NCBI GenBank assembly: GCA_910592345.1
Contig: CAJVPI010000033.1
Coordinates: forward strand, 1 to 64,000
DNA: 64,000 bases
Reading direction: 5' to 3'
From: Paraglomus brasilianum
Lineage: Eukaryota
The notes beneath the pieces are model-generated. The model made no database searches, had not been told where the DNA came from, and saw only the letters and a program-made list of their open reading frames with translations. Position numbers and translations under genes: made by a program. This document shows, piece by piece, positions 27,471 to 39,849 of the stretch (the stretch's first letter is position 1; the number at the start of each line of letters is the position of its first letter).

Positions 27471-28920
27471 AATATTAGTTACAAATAACTTAATAATTAT
27501 ATCTTTTTCTTCGAAAACCTCTATTGCCTAAGCGCACTCGTTTTGAAGCCAATTGGTTGTATTTTTTGGAAAATACCAATGATCGATTTAGTCCCGTTAT
27601 TATTATCGTTTTTGCAGCTAACAGTCTGTTGAAGTGGAAATATTTATGTTACATGTATGAAAATGAATAAAATCTACGTGTACCACCACTTTTATTCAAT
27701 TAGCTTCAAAACGGTACAAAATTATATAGTAAATCCTAATACTTCATTTTTTAATCGCTGACGTAAAGCAGAGATTTTCAACATTCTGATAAGCAATGAC
27801 ACTTAAGAATTAGCCTTTGTTAATAATTTCTTCCCAATTAGTTTCTGTCATAAAGCTTATCAATAAACTCAATAGGATATTTGCGTTTCGTTGTTATCTC
27901 TCGACTGTCTACGTTGATGACACTTTTGGTCCGTCCTGCGATATTAATATACCGTTACGACAATTTGAAATGGCAATGTTATTAAAGACTGCATCATTCA
28001 AATCGCGTAAAGGTGCCGTGTTTGTCTCTGTTTTTGTCTTTTTGCTCGAGAGCAATAGTGGTAATAACAAGCCGAGGAAACTAATGTAAATGTATAATCT
28101 ACAAAACGAACGAGAAACAATCTAATTGTCATTTCTATACCAACTATTTTGCCTTCATAAAAATCAAATTTTGAGAATTTTCTTTCATTTGAACTTGAGA
28201 GAGTTTTAATTAACAATATGTTTATAGGACAAATCGAAAAGTTTCAACAATATGAGTACAGTTACACAGAAAAATAGATGGCGAATTTCAAAAAGAAATT
28301 TCTTGTTGCTCGAATTTTTGAAACAAGGAAATTTTTCTACCACTTCACTTGAGCAGAAAGGGACAAGTTAAAAAATGCAAATGAGAGCAATGAGCTAGCT
28401 AGCAAGTACTCTACGAGAATGTAGATTAAAGGGTATGGACAAGAGATTAAGGATACCATCACGAATGCATCCAGTAATTTCTCTGTCATAATAATATTAG
28501 GGAGCACCATGCACAGTAAAGTTCACGTGTCACGCTTCAACATGATTAGTAGAGAAACAGCTTTTAGAAATCCAAAACAGGACAGCAGCCAAATGCCCAA
28601 TTTATTCATCTAGAGATAGTAGTCATAACACCCCCTCTTCGAATTATCGCTTAAATAATGTATCACTGTAAAAACATAGAACTGTTCGGTCTAGGATGAA
28701 TAGTCCATTAAAAAGATGCGATTAACATTAAATATAAGATTAGGTAAATTGTTAAAATATATAACAATGATATGCTTTTTGGAAAAACAAGTTTAAAGAC
28801 TGTGTATAACATTTAAATTTGTCGTCAGCTAAGAAAACCTTTAGAGTCCAGCGCTGTCCGACACTTAGTTCGGTTCTTCCTAACATTCTATACGAGATCT
28901 CAACACTTTCGATGTCATCA

Positions 28921-29686
28921 TCATTTGCTCTTAAACAACTTTCCGACAAACGCTTTGATCGAACTCTTGACTGAACTTTTCCTTTTATGCTGCTGCGTCT
29001 TTCCATCCTGCCTTCTATTCTCTGTCACTTTACTCTGACTTCTATTCTCTGTCACTTTACTCTGACTCGCTGTCCCTTGCCTATTCGGTCTCTGCGTAGA
29101 TGTTCCTTGTTTTCTTCCTTGGCATTTATGATCCGCTTCATGTCGATGTGCAATACAGTAGTTCTTGTTGCAGCTGTTGCAGATAAGACGAACAGCCACT
29201 CTAGTTTTACACGATGCGTAAGAGCAGGCGTTGAATGATTTTTGTGAAGTAGATTTTGGAACTGGAGAGCAGCCTGAGGCAATGTGTCGCTCTATCTATA
29301 AAAGCAAAGTAACAATGGTAAAATAGACTTTAGTGATAGACAACAGAAACCTGCCTTCCCGCCTGTTCAACATTTGCCTTCTTCAACTGTACTTTCAAAG
29401 TTGCTTAATTTCTCTTGCCTCTTCACTCGCTTCCTCTCCTTTCACCCGTTCAACTAACCCTAATATTAGGATTCTCTCCCTTGGCTACTGGTATCGGCGC
29501 ACCACATTTTGGGCATGTAGGCACTCTCGCGCCATCACCTTTCGGTGCATCTGGACACATGTGGGCTTCCGGCTTTGAATGTTCCTGACAATAGTGTTTT
29601 TTGCAGTATGTGCATTTTGTAGGTAAGTAGTCTAATTGACGGCAGGAGGGATCGGCACATTGGCGGCCTACATCTGGGAGTTCCAT
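28921..29686 (-). CDS. AN1-type zinc-finger protein (ZFAND2/AIRAP-like), one intron
   Basis: MELPDVGRQCADPSCRQLDYLPTKCTYCKKHYCQEH...HMC; VPTCPKCGAPIP; second AN1 CSYASC...CNSCNKNYCIAHRHEADHKC. A 24-bp duplication at ~29013-29067 encodes (QSKVTENRS)x2. Confidence 0.92.
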
Positions 29687-29885
29687 GTTGTTCTAACTGG
29701 AGGAGGAAATATAGTTAAGTAAAGGAAAGAAATATATAAAACGTATTGAACAATGACGCCAAGGATAGAAATGTATTAAAAGATGGTATGGACTTTGTGT
29801 CACCTTTTTACATTCTCGATTACTGCGGTACAAACATTGATTGGGGCGGAATTCTCTTTCCAATAAGTTCGAATTTTAAAATATA

Positions 29886-30052
29886 CACAGGCAAACTCGA
29901 TAAGTCGGTCTCTCGATGATTCAATTTTGGCCTAAGAAGGCCAAAACTTCCCAAGCCCTTTTCTCAGTTTTAATATTTAAAATCTCTCGATAAGTCGGTT
30001 CTCTCGATAAGTCGGTCCATCATACATGACCGACTTATCGAGTTTGCCTGTG
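29886..30052. mobile_element. Intact 167-bp MITE with 25-bp perfect TIRs and TA target-site duplication
   Basis: TA|cacaggcaaactcgataagtcggtc ... gaccgacttatcgagtttgcctgtg|TA, with internal repeats of ctcgataagtcggt. Confidence 0.92.
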
Positions 30053-30473
30053 TAGTTGTATCGGTATCCCATAAATAAAATCAGGTCGTAAATCAGGCCA
30101 TACATTAAGTCAGAAAGTATACTAACTATACTTCTAGTCTCAAAGAAATAATATTAAGTTAATCCGAATAAACCAATTATCAGTTTACTACATATATTGT
30201 TAATATTCAGTATGTCATAAATACGACAGACAAGTATATTGATGGTTCAAGTAGATAGGGGAGTAACAGCTAAGAAATTTTTACAGCAAAGAGAATTTAC
30301 AGCAAAAAATGATATAAGATTGCGCTAATCAGCGCTTAGGAAAGGTCGAAACGTCAAACATTACTAATAGAATTTATTAGCCAATAAAATTACCCGATAT
30401 TATCTATTGAAACGGCTATGTGGGGATATGACCGAGGTATTAACAAGTGTGAAACATGTCTTGTGTGCGAGAA

Positions 30474-32594
30474 TCACAGTCCCACTGTACTCGTAAAGAT
30501 GCCTGCAACTTTTTGTCTTGCGCTAATCTCCTCATCTACAATCAGTTCCAATGCTGACAAGAATTCTTCAATGGAACATGTCTGATACGATCGGAGATAT
30601 CTCGCATGAGCTAGGAATGGTAGCTTGCGCAGTATTCTACCGCTCACGCCCTGGGAATGGCATATGAATAAGGTAGAAGGTTTAGCATGGATGATGTCAC
30701 GTAACATGTGTGACTCTTTGAGGAATTCGAAGGAATGAGTTTGATAAATTACCAGACATTTGGATGATATCATGTGAAGCTTGACACTTGGGTTTTCGCG
30801 TGCATGCAAATGAAGTTCCAGTACGCGCCATTCAAGTAGAGAATGCTGGACAAAGGTTTGGAAAAGAAAGTTATAAGTATCCTTTGGACTTCACTATGTA
30901 GTCATTAAACATGACCCATGATTTACATCGATTACAATCTTCACGCGTATGAGTTCGTTGATGCAACCAGATAGGATTGAATAAATGGCCTGGTGAGACG
31001 GGAACCCAATGTATTGCACAATGTCGGCACGGTCGATGAATGCGAGGTCTAATTATTTATTAATAACCATTAGTTAATTACATAGCGCGTAATTTTACTA
31101 AAACATAAATATTTATTTCTAGCAGCTCACCTATTGCTTGAGTAATATTGGAAGTAGTCAGAATCAACACGTTCTTTTTTCTTTTCAGCTTGTCAATTTG
31201 TGTCAAGAGAGCGTTGACTACCTAATTAAAACACATATACACAAGTAAGTATTTATAGTAGCATATCGATGGTCTCACAAGATCTATCAAAGAAATAATA
31301 TTACTCGAACTGCATCAGACGGCTCAGATCCACTCAACGCAGACTTGCGAGCAGCCGATAGACTCTCCACCTCATCTAAAAAGTAAACGCACGATGAATG
31401 CAACTGTTGCGTGTTCAGTATGTCCTACATCATACCTTTAATGTTTTATGTACCTATCAACACACAAATAAATGAATCATCAGAGTCGGCCATCTCGTTA
31501 ATCTGATGAAACATTTTCTGCACCAACTTTCCCGATTCAGAAAACCACTTTGAGAATAGACTGTGGCTGTTAATTTCAACCAACTTTGCATTGGTATATC
31601 TGTTGCAAAGATCAAAGTGACAAACAATGCGTATTGAAATTGAGAAGAGGGTATGGAGAAGTATTTTGTTTACATGACGATAATGTCAATCACCTTCCAG
31701 CCATTCTAATGGATAGCTTGTGTGCAAATGCTCTACAAATTGTAGTTTTGCCTGTTCCAGCCGGGCCATGTAATAAAACGACCCTAAATAGGCGTAACGA
31801 TAAGTAAGCGCTTTCGGAGATTTAAATATCAACAGGAAATATAGTGTGACACTCACTTGTTCATAGGAATTATGTTGGAATCAACGCCAACATCAGAAAA
31901 CATCAGCAAAGTATGCGCATAATCCAGCAACTTTGTCTTGATATTGCCATCAAACACGAGTCTACTCACAACCACCAGAATAAGCACAAGAACACACCAA
32001 CAATGGCGGTGAAACAACAACTAATTATCGCGGCCGCGGCTGATATGATTATTACTTATGCGACTCACATGTCCCACAATCCTTCCAATTCTCTTGAGGG
32101 CAAGTCCCAGTAATTAGCCGTGAGAACATTATTTTCTTCATCGTACTCGTCTGCTGCATCATTCTCATCCAACTGGTACACATGAATAGAAAGAGTGACA
32201 CTGTCCAAGGTTTGAATTTCGGAGGAATCACCTAATAAAGAGGAATGGAAGTCTGAGCAAATATTTAACAAATTCCATTGACCAAAAACTATTTACTCAC
32301 CAAAAACATCGTCAATCCTCAGATATTCTATGTTTTCCCTTAAAATTTCAACATCCCGATAGTCCGTGATTTCAGAATGACACGGCACAGACGTTTTGAA
32401 CTCTCTAAGAAATTGTTCTATGCTTGTACGTATTAAATCATATCTAACTGTACTTAGCGTTTTCAGACAACATTCGACTAAATGTGATATCATTTAGTAA
32501 CGACGCTCGTATATTTCTTATGCGCAAATGGTATATTAAATGACTGACCATGTAATATTGGCTTCTTGAGAGCAGAGGATGATGAATTCTCCAT
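30474..32594 (-). CDS. PCH2: Pachytene checkpoint protein 2 / TRIP13 AAA+ ATPase, many exons
   Basis: [14 protein letters not shown], Walker [32 protein letters not shown], Walker [55 protein letters not shown]. Confidence 0.95.
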
Positions 32595-33371
32595 TTTGAG
32601 GCGCGCATGTTCCACGCGTGTGAAATTTATTGTCACACGTGTGTTACACAATGACACGGATCACAATATAATGAGAATGCATTTAAAGTTTATAATCGTT
32701 AGAAGATTGTAATTATTTCGTAGCTCTTAGAGTAAAAGACATTCACAAAAAGAACGTAAACTTTTTAATCTTGCAAAATGCTTCGCATACAATTTTCGGT
32801 TGTAACAGCGGGCGTAAAGGAAGCCAGTTTTTAATTTTTAACAAAGACATTAAAGTTTGCCTTTCAATTTGACATTTTATTTCGTTACTATTACTATGCT
32901 CTTCTTAAATTTGGTAGAGTAAATTCTTCAGCAATCAGAGTCACAGAAAGCTCGAACAACAGAAATCTAGTGGGAAAGGATAGATACAGTACAGTCCTCG
33001 GCGAAAATAATGACAGTGACAATCGTTTTTAAAGTTTTTATACAAAAATCGGTTATCTGCTATTATAGTAATATGTAAACGTATTATTATTTTTATTATT
33101 TACTTATTACGTCATGATATATATTTGTGTCAAATTAAACTTCTGCATTTATAACACTTCTCTGCATAATACGATTGAGACCGAAGAAGGGAATGATAGA
33201 TTTTAAATAAACAGCATTAGAAAGCATCCAGAATTTATTGAATTATGTACAGCAATCAAATGTTCTATATTGTCAGGAATGAAACAAAGCAAATCGACTC
33301 TAAGTTTCACATTTAGGCTGTATAATTAACAAACACAACGATTTGTTAATGTGAATTAATATAAACACGTG

Positions 33372-33440
33372 ATTCTCGATATACGGTCAACTTATCGGAG
33401 AGCAGATATCTTTGGCCGACTTATCCAGGCTGACTGTGTA
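33372..33440. mobile_element. MITE end related to the 29886 element, overlapping the last codons of the GHKL/HEXXH gene
   Basis: Minus strand TA-cacagtcagcctggataagtcggcc versus TA-cacaggcaaactcgataagtcggtc. Subterminal ccgataagttgacc and ctcgatata motifs. Confidence 0.6.
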
Positions 33441-36400
33441 ATTATCTTGCAATTTTGCAAATAACTTTTGTGTGTAAGTCTCGGCAATTGATGAAAAATA
33501 AAACTACAGTAATGCGAGAGATCCGTTTAGAAACCATACATTGAGAATTAAGCTTCACATCTTTATTATTACTGCTTATTATTGTCCCCCCTTTACTATT
33601 ACCAGGTTCGCTTACCTCATGTCTTGCATTATGTAATGGCTCAAAGTAATGCGCTAATTCATGACAAAATGTAAAGAACCAGTTTATCATTGTAGTCATT
33701 TCCCCAACAGCGTCGTGTCGTTTCTCATAAATATACAAATTAAAGAATAACGAGTCATTATGATTAAAGGCTTTTGATTGCCCGATTTCATAAAATATAT
33801 GAACTGTAGGCAACGGCAGCTCAAATATGTTGCAAAGTTCGCCGAGAAGTTTCGTAAATTTCTTAATATTTGGGTGCATCCTGATGTTTGCAACGTTGGC
33901 GTAGCCGACAGTTGATACATAGACTTCTATTTGATTAATGCGACAGATAAACTCTAACGAATGGCCTAGAGAATCGAGCAGACCAAATTCTCAATGCTTG
34001 GTAGATGACAATGATGGATTAATTCTATGTATCTTACCAGGCGTAATATCACGGTAACTGTTCGAATCCACGTCCATCCGATGAATCGTCGTCTGACTCT
34101 TAATCATAGTACCTGGATAAGCTTTGAAAGATGTGACAGCCTTGCGTATCATTGTCGCTATATCGTCTGGTGTCGACGGTGTTGGTATTCCAATTTGCCG
34201 ATTACCTGTTCGACGCCATATCGACGAGACTACCCTCGCCCTGTCGACAGCAATCGTTTTAGGTCTCTTACTTTCCCTCGCTATTCTATCCACAGGGCAC
34301 CCCAGCTTTCTCAAGTTATCTAGAGACATCGTCAGCATTGAAAACAAAGCCAATGAATTTTTCGTACTTTGTTTAAGACAAATAGCGGCATCCAAATTAG
34401 CTGCTATTTCCAGATAATCGGGTTGGCCTCCGGTAACTAATAATGTATGTTCTGATGTGACATCATTATTGCTTAAATAGCACGAAGTTTGTTCAGTTTT
34501 ACTCTGGCCCGTTGGAATTAGAAGGTACGTTTTTTGTATTTCTTGAACTTCTCTAACAGAAATATTTTGTACCCATTCGGTATCATGGCGGGATCGACTG
34601 CCATGTTTGCGTAGATATAAAGGTACACGTTCCCTTAATAAGGATTCGAGCTTGACAGATCGTTCCGAGATTATTGCATCGCCTTTCGACTTATGTGAGA
34701 TAGCCACACTTTCCTTTAACCGCATACTGCCGAGTAGCTGGCAACAATGAACGGATTAGATACACAATGTCATTACCAAATACGCATAAAAATGTGAATT
34801 GATACCTCATACAGTTGTTCAACCAAATCATCCTCTGGGCATATCAAAACATCAAACATTCTCTGTAATTTGTCACTATTATTTAAAAAAATTTGTTGCG
34901 CTGTGGTAAAAACATAATCCATATTATCCTCTCCATCAGAAGATACTATCCTACATCCCAAGAACATGGATGATTGTTCCATTGCAGACATTAGTTTGGG
35001 TTTTTGCCGTATAGTGCGAAGACCCATAGCAATTGAATGGAGAAACTCTTTATAATGTTTGAAATCTTCATCAATTTTTGACCGGAGTTCGATTGGAGAA
35101 CGGACGAGTCGCCAGGCAAGCTTTTCTGCAGAAGGTGAGGAGTGTACGCCACATGACTTGAGAAATAAATTTGCCTTTTCACCGAAGTTAACATGAGTGA
35201 AAAAACCTTTATATCTAATTAATGACAACAGGTAATGGTCAAAAAGGAAATATGGTAATGATTACCACTTGCATTATTATGAAATACTTTATCATTGATT
35301 TTCTACCTCTCTTCCTGACTCTCAAGCAGACAGCTATTCGGATTAGTGTGCACGATTTTATTCTCATCCTTTATAGGAATAAAATTGGCCTCACCCAACT
35401 CTTCCAAATCAGCGTTCTCAAACACTCCTAGTTGTGTCGCAAGATATTCAAGCACTTTCCTTGCTTCAATTTCATCTTTCGGCGGTTTATTGATCAACCT
35501 ATCCGTAAGTTCTAATTTTGGCGGATCCTGCTCTACACCTAACTCTGCAGCATGAATACGCAAATCATGTCGTAAAACATTGAATCCGATATCTGAACAC
35601 GCAGGATTGACAAAACAGTTGGAAGGCGTAGCATATATTGTTGGGTCAACGCAAGGAAGGAATGCTATATTTACAGAATGGGTGTAGTCGGTTGCGTAAT
35701 AATCTTTGAAATGGGTTAAAAAATAATCGAGAGCTTTGCATCGAAACTTGGACTCAGTTGGAGGAGCGGCCAGTGAGAGGATGTGGTTCAGGGACGGGTA
35801 TGTACGAAGGCCAAGACTTGTCAGGAATGTTGCTGAAGGTATGTTTTGAGGATGTAATGAGCACCAAACGTAAAACAAAGCTTGCTCCCAAAAGTATTAC
35901 AGGAAACATTACCTTCGGCCAGCTTGGCAGACCATCTTTTCTTCCATTTAATAATTGGTAAACCCAATTCCCTCAACTCTAGCAATGGAGCATACAAATC
36001 AGATATCAAATGCTTTTTTATTTCATGTTCGTCCTCACATGGCCATATTGCATTCGTTCGTAGTTTCTCCTTTTCATCCGGCGCTATATCATCAACTCTT
36101 GAGATCAGGTATTTTACCAGATTCATATGATCCCAATTGCCTTGGGAAATTAATCGGTCAAATATTAATTGTAACTCGACATGCTTGCGGACGCCAAGAA
36201 AAGTAAAAAAAGGTTCAACTACATGTCGAGGTTTTTTTAAATATACTGTGGGCAGGTCCGGAAGGATGGTTACTGACGACAAGTAGGCCTGGTCAGGAAT
36301 ATACATCCCGTATTTTGTAGGAATTATTTTCTTTTGGTTCAACAAAGTATGGAGAGCCTCTTGATCCGTTGTGGAGAGGGACTTGAAGGATCGACTGAGG

Positions 36401-39051
36401 ATACCGAGAAAGTTTTCGGCAAAGGCCGCGTCTGATTCGACTTTTTGGTGCATTTTCGGCGTTTTAAGGATAAATTCTACCCAAGTGAGAAGCGGAAGCT
36501 CTCTGTAATTTCTGAGAGTAATTTATCGAATTAGCAAGGATGAAAACGGATGTAGATATAAATACATTGATAACGTATGCATAGCTACCCAAAGTAAATT
36601 TCAAGGGATTTTTTAGCAAGCGTTCTGGTAATCGTATATGGCAGCGTGTTAATAGGGAAATCACTGTCAATCGCCGCCAAGTTAGAATTCAAGAAATACT
36701 TGAAACTGGCCAAGGGCAAAACTCTATCATTAACAATAGTCGTAGCCTGGAGCAGAAATTGCGATCTTTCCATATCCGACACTTGGCTATTCGTACAATA
36801 GCCAATCCACCATTTCATTAACGCTGTCGTTTCTGCCTCGGTCAATGTTCTCTCCTGCAGTTCCAGGTTCAACACGTCTTCCAACGTGATCCCTTTTATC
36901 ATCCTTCGTTCCTTGGCCTTATCAAAGAAACTTTTGCAATCGTTCAGCACATTCTTTGGAACAACGGGGATTGCCTTGATGAATCCCGCCATATCGGCGT
37001 CGGGCAATCTTACCGATTGGATAGGGAGGACGCCGACGGAAGAGATGACAGACAGAGGTTTGTTGGAGCAGGTAAAAAACATCTTTTCCATTATGATGCC
37101 CACGTGGTTGTTAGGTGTACTTGGACGAAAGGTAAAATGAGTAAGGATTTGCGTAGCTTTTTTTTGAAACAATTCGCGTGCCGTTTGCACTTCTTTACTA
37201 TCTGGATCAACCCTGGAGCTAACTGTGTCAGTATAGAAGCGGGATAGTTGGTCCATTTGCTCTTCATACACGACGCGAGTAAGTATTCCCGCCATTGACA
37301 GTAGCTCTTCGTTGTATATGGCTAACGTTTTATCCACCAAGTCTATCGATTCGCGTTCAACCTTAATGGTCAATAAATTTATTATTAATAAAACTCTGTC
37401 CAGTGGTAATGGCAATAGTCAGTTATCTTGAGCGGTACTAAATAGTTAACCAACAATTAGTAGAATCTTGGTCATTCTTACCGTAGGAATAAATCTTGCT
37501 GTCAAGTGCGATGAATGTCCAGTCGTCTGATGCGTCGGGAAACCAATAAATATTCTTCCTTGCTCCGGATACGGTAATAGATCTTTCAACGTTTTAAAAA
37601 CACCTTCCTCCGTCGCTTGGCTTTCTATAACTGAAAGTTTATATTCACCCAATTCTGGGAACAGCATTTGAATTGCTGTCGTGATTGGCGGTTTCTTTTT
37701 AATGCTACGTTCCATCTCCGCTGAGAAAGTCTCCGTCACGTCTACGTCTAAATGGCCAGTTGCAACACGAAGATGGATGGTTGCATTCTCCATTTGACAA
37801 CTAAAAGTTTTGTTCGAGTTCGGTGTTATGTTAAGACGTTCTACCCGCACTTCTACACGTCGTAAATCAATTGATTTAAGATAAAATATTCCTCGTGGTG
37901 AGTAAGTATTCACGTCCTTGGCTACTTCCATAACTGGTGCATCTATTACTCTCTTAGATAGTTTTAAGTTTTCTGTATTGTTTGTGTACACGCATATCTC
38001 ACGAAGGTTTTCAGTGAATATCTGAGGGTAAGACAAATAAAAATGCTCAACAAGCATGACAGTGATATGTTAGTAATATATATGATAGTTCAATTACCAT
38101 CGATGTTGCTAGAAATTTTCCGAATTCATCAAAGGTTGGAATCTGTTGCCCATAACATGTATCGGTTAATGATTACAGTCACATCATGAACCAAGATTCA
38201 GAAAATAGCTTATCTCCACTCACTTGCAAGGGTTCTCTGAGATCCATCAAAAATGTTGTCCGTTGATTATCAAGGTCTGTTGGTCCAAACTTGGCACGTA
38301 ATTGACAATTATGCCAATAAAATCCCATGCCATGGTCACCGGAAAAGATGCTAACGAGAGATCATAAAGACCAAGTTTAAAATAATGTAGATCTGTTACT
38401 AATACGTACAACAATACCCACAATGGTTCCTCGCATATTGAAAATAGCGAGTAAAATCCAACGCCGAACGCACCAATCTACAAGTTTAACGCCAATAGAA
38501 CGTTAAAATTTTACAATCGCCAGTTTAATTGTTTTGGGGTTTTGACCTTTTTATACCTTTTGTTCATCAGGATTTCCCTCGGCTATTTTCTTCAAACGAT
38601 TCCAATCCTCTGGCCTAAATACAAACCCGTTGTTCTTGAACAATATTCTGGTGCATTTTTTGTATAGGCTTGCCTCATTATCAGGTTTTTCGGCTCCGCC
38701 TGTTTCAAAGAATATCTCTATTTTTGATGATTTTGCATCATCTTTTTATTAAAACGAGAACGCATAAGATACTGTAAAGATGTAAAAAGCAGCAGCATAT
38801 TGGTAATTAACTATACTGTTAGCCAACCTGCGTTTTGCATTAATTCCCTGAACACAACAAAATTTGAGGAATATCTGTATTGGTAATATCGATAGTTTCT
38901 TCTTTAGACTAACAAACTGTAATTGTTGATTGTCCCCAAATCTATTTACACACCTAGCGAGAACTTTGTCAATCAAGTGTCTCTGATTGACTTCTACTCT
39001 TTCTTCTTTGTTGTTCGATAATACTCGTTTTCTTAATACGTCAAGCGACAT
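33387..39051 (-). CDS. Large GHKL (HATPase/sacsin-like) ATPase, DUF3684-type, with C-terminal HEXXH metallopeptidase-like motif; multi-exon
   Basis: EERVEVNQRHLIDKVLARY..FRELMQNADDA, NNGFVFRPEDWNRLKKIAEGNPDEQKIGAFGVGFYSLFS, GRIFIGFPTHQTTG, FIPTVERESIDL, FFTFCHELAHYFEPLHNARHE/FYFSSIAETY...SPIS* (TGA at 33387). Confidence 0.85.
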
Positions 39052-39459
39052 TTCTCAAATGTATTTGAGCTCATTATGCGTCAGATTTGGGTGTGCCATT
39101 CTATTTGTACTGGATTTCGCTCTTACGCACTTCACAAATAAGCAAACTTTCTCGGTTAGCTTATTTGATAATTTAATCATTAATATACAAGTTAATCAAA
39201 ACAAGACGTCTATTAAAGGAAACTTACTGTTGTCACTTACTCATTTATTGACACACACGCATTCCCATAATACGTATGTGTGAACAACAAATGTAATAGT
39301 TAAGTAGCTATATATGTTAATGACCGTTCTCACAGCAGATTAACATGATATTTATACTACTTGAAGATATTATTATTGAATTTGTTACAAACTAATGTTG
39401 ATATTACAAATTAATTTCATAAACTAAACTGTTAAGACAAAAAAAAAGTTTACAAGTTT

Positions 39460-39827
39460 ACAAAGAGCTTAATTATACACCGCCAAGTTAAAGAAAAATG
39501 CTCAAAAGTTCTTGATTGGCCTTCTTACTCACCTGACTTAAACCCTATAGAAAACTTATGAAGAAAAGGGTAGAAAAGAGGGTAAATTAACGTATTTTAC
39601 AAAAAAAATCAATTAGATTAGATGTTTTTTACTGATTATCCAACTAGAATGGGATAATATCGATAAATCTATTCTATCGAATTTATGTTCTGGAATGAAA
39701 AAAGCGTTTAGAGGCTGTTATTGAAAAAGGGGACTTAACGATTGGTCATTGAATTTTATGTAAAATGAATATAAATTGGTTGAGTAATAAAAATTTAAAA
39801 TTCTCACTATTTTCCGCCACTACTGTA
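39460..39827 (+). mobile_element. Tc1/mariner 3' remnant (DDE_3 tail plus terminal repeat)
   Basis: HTAK..., DWPSYSPDLNPIENL, EWDNID motifs with stops and frameshifts. Terminus ctcactattttccgccactactgTA. Confidence 0.75.
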
Positions 39828-39849
39828 TGTAAATCATCACTATAATGGG

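Noticed and set aside
27550..28250. Possible second transposase relic
   Set aside because: Only vague fragments, no diagnostic motif.
32990..39827. Tc1-like ends (tacagtcctcggcgaaaataatga / reverse complement tacagtagtggcggaaaatagtga) flanking the GHKL gene, suggesting a cargo-carrying transposon
   Set aside because: Only about 19/26 matches. More simply ends of two independent elements.
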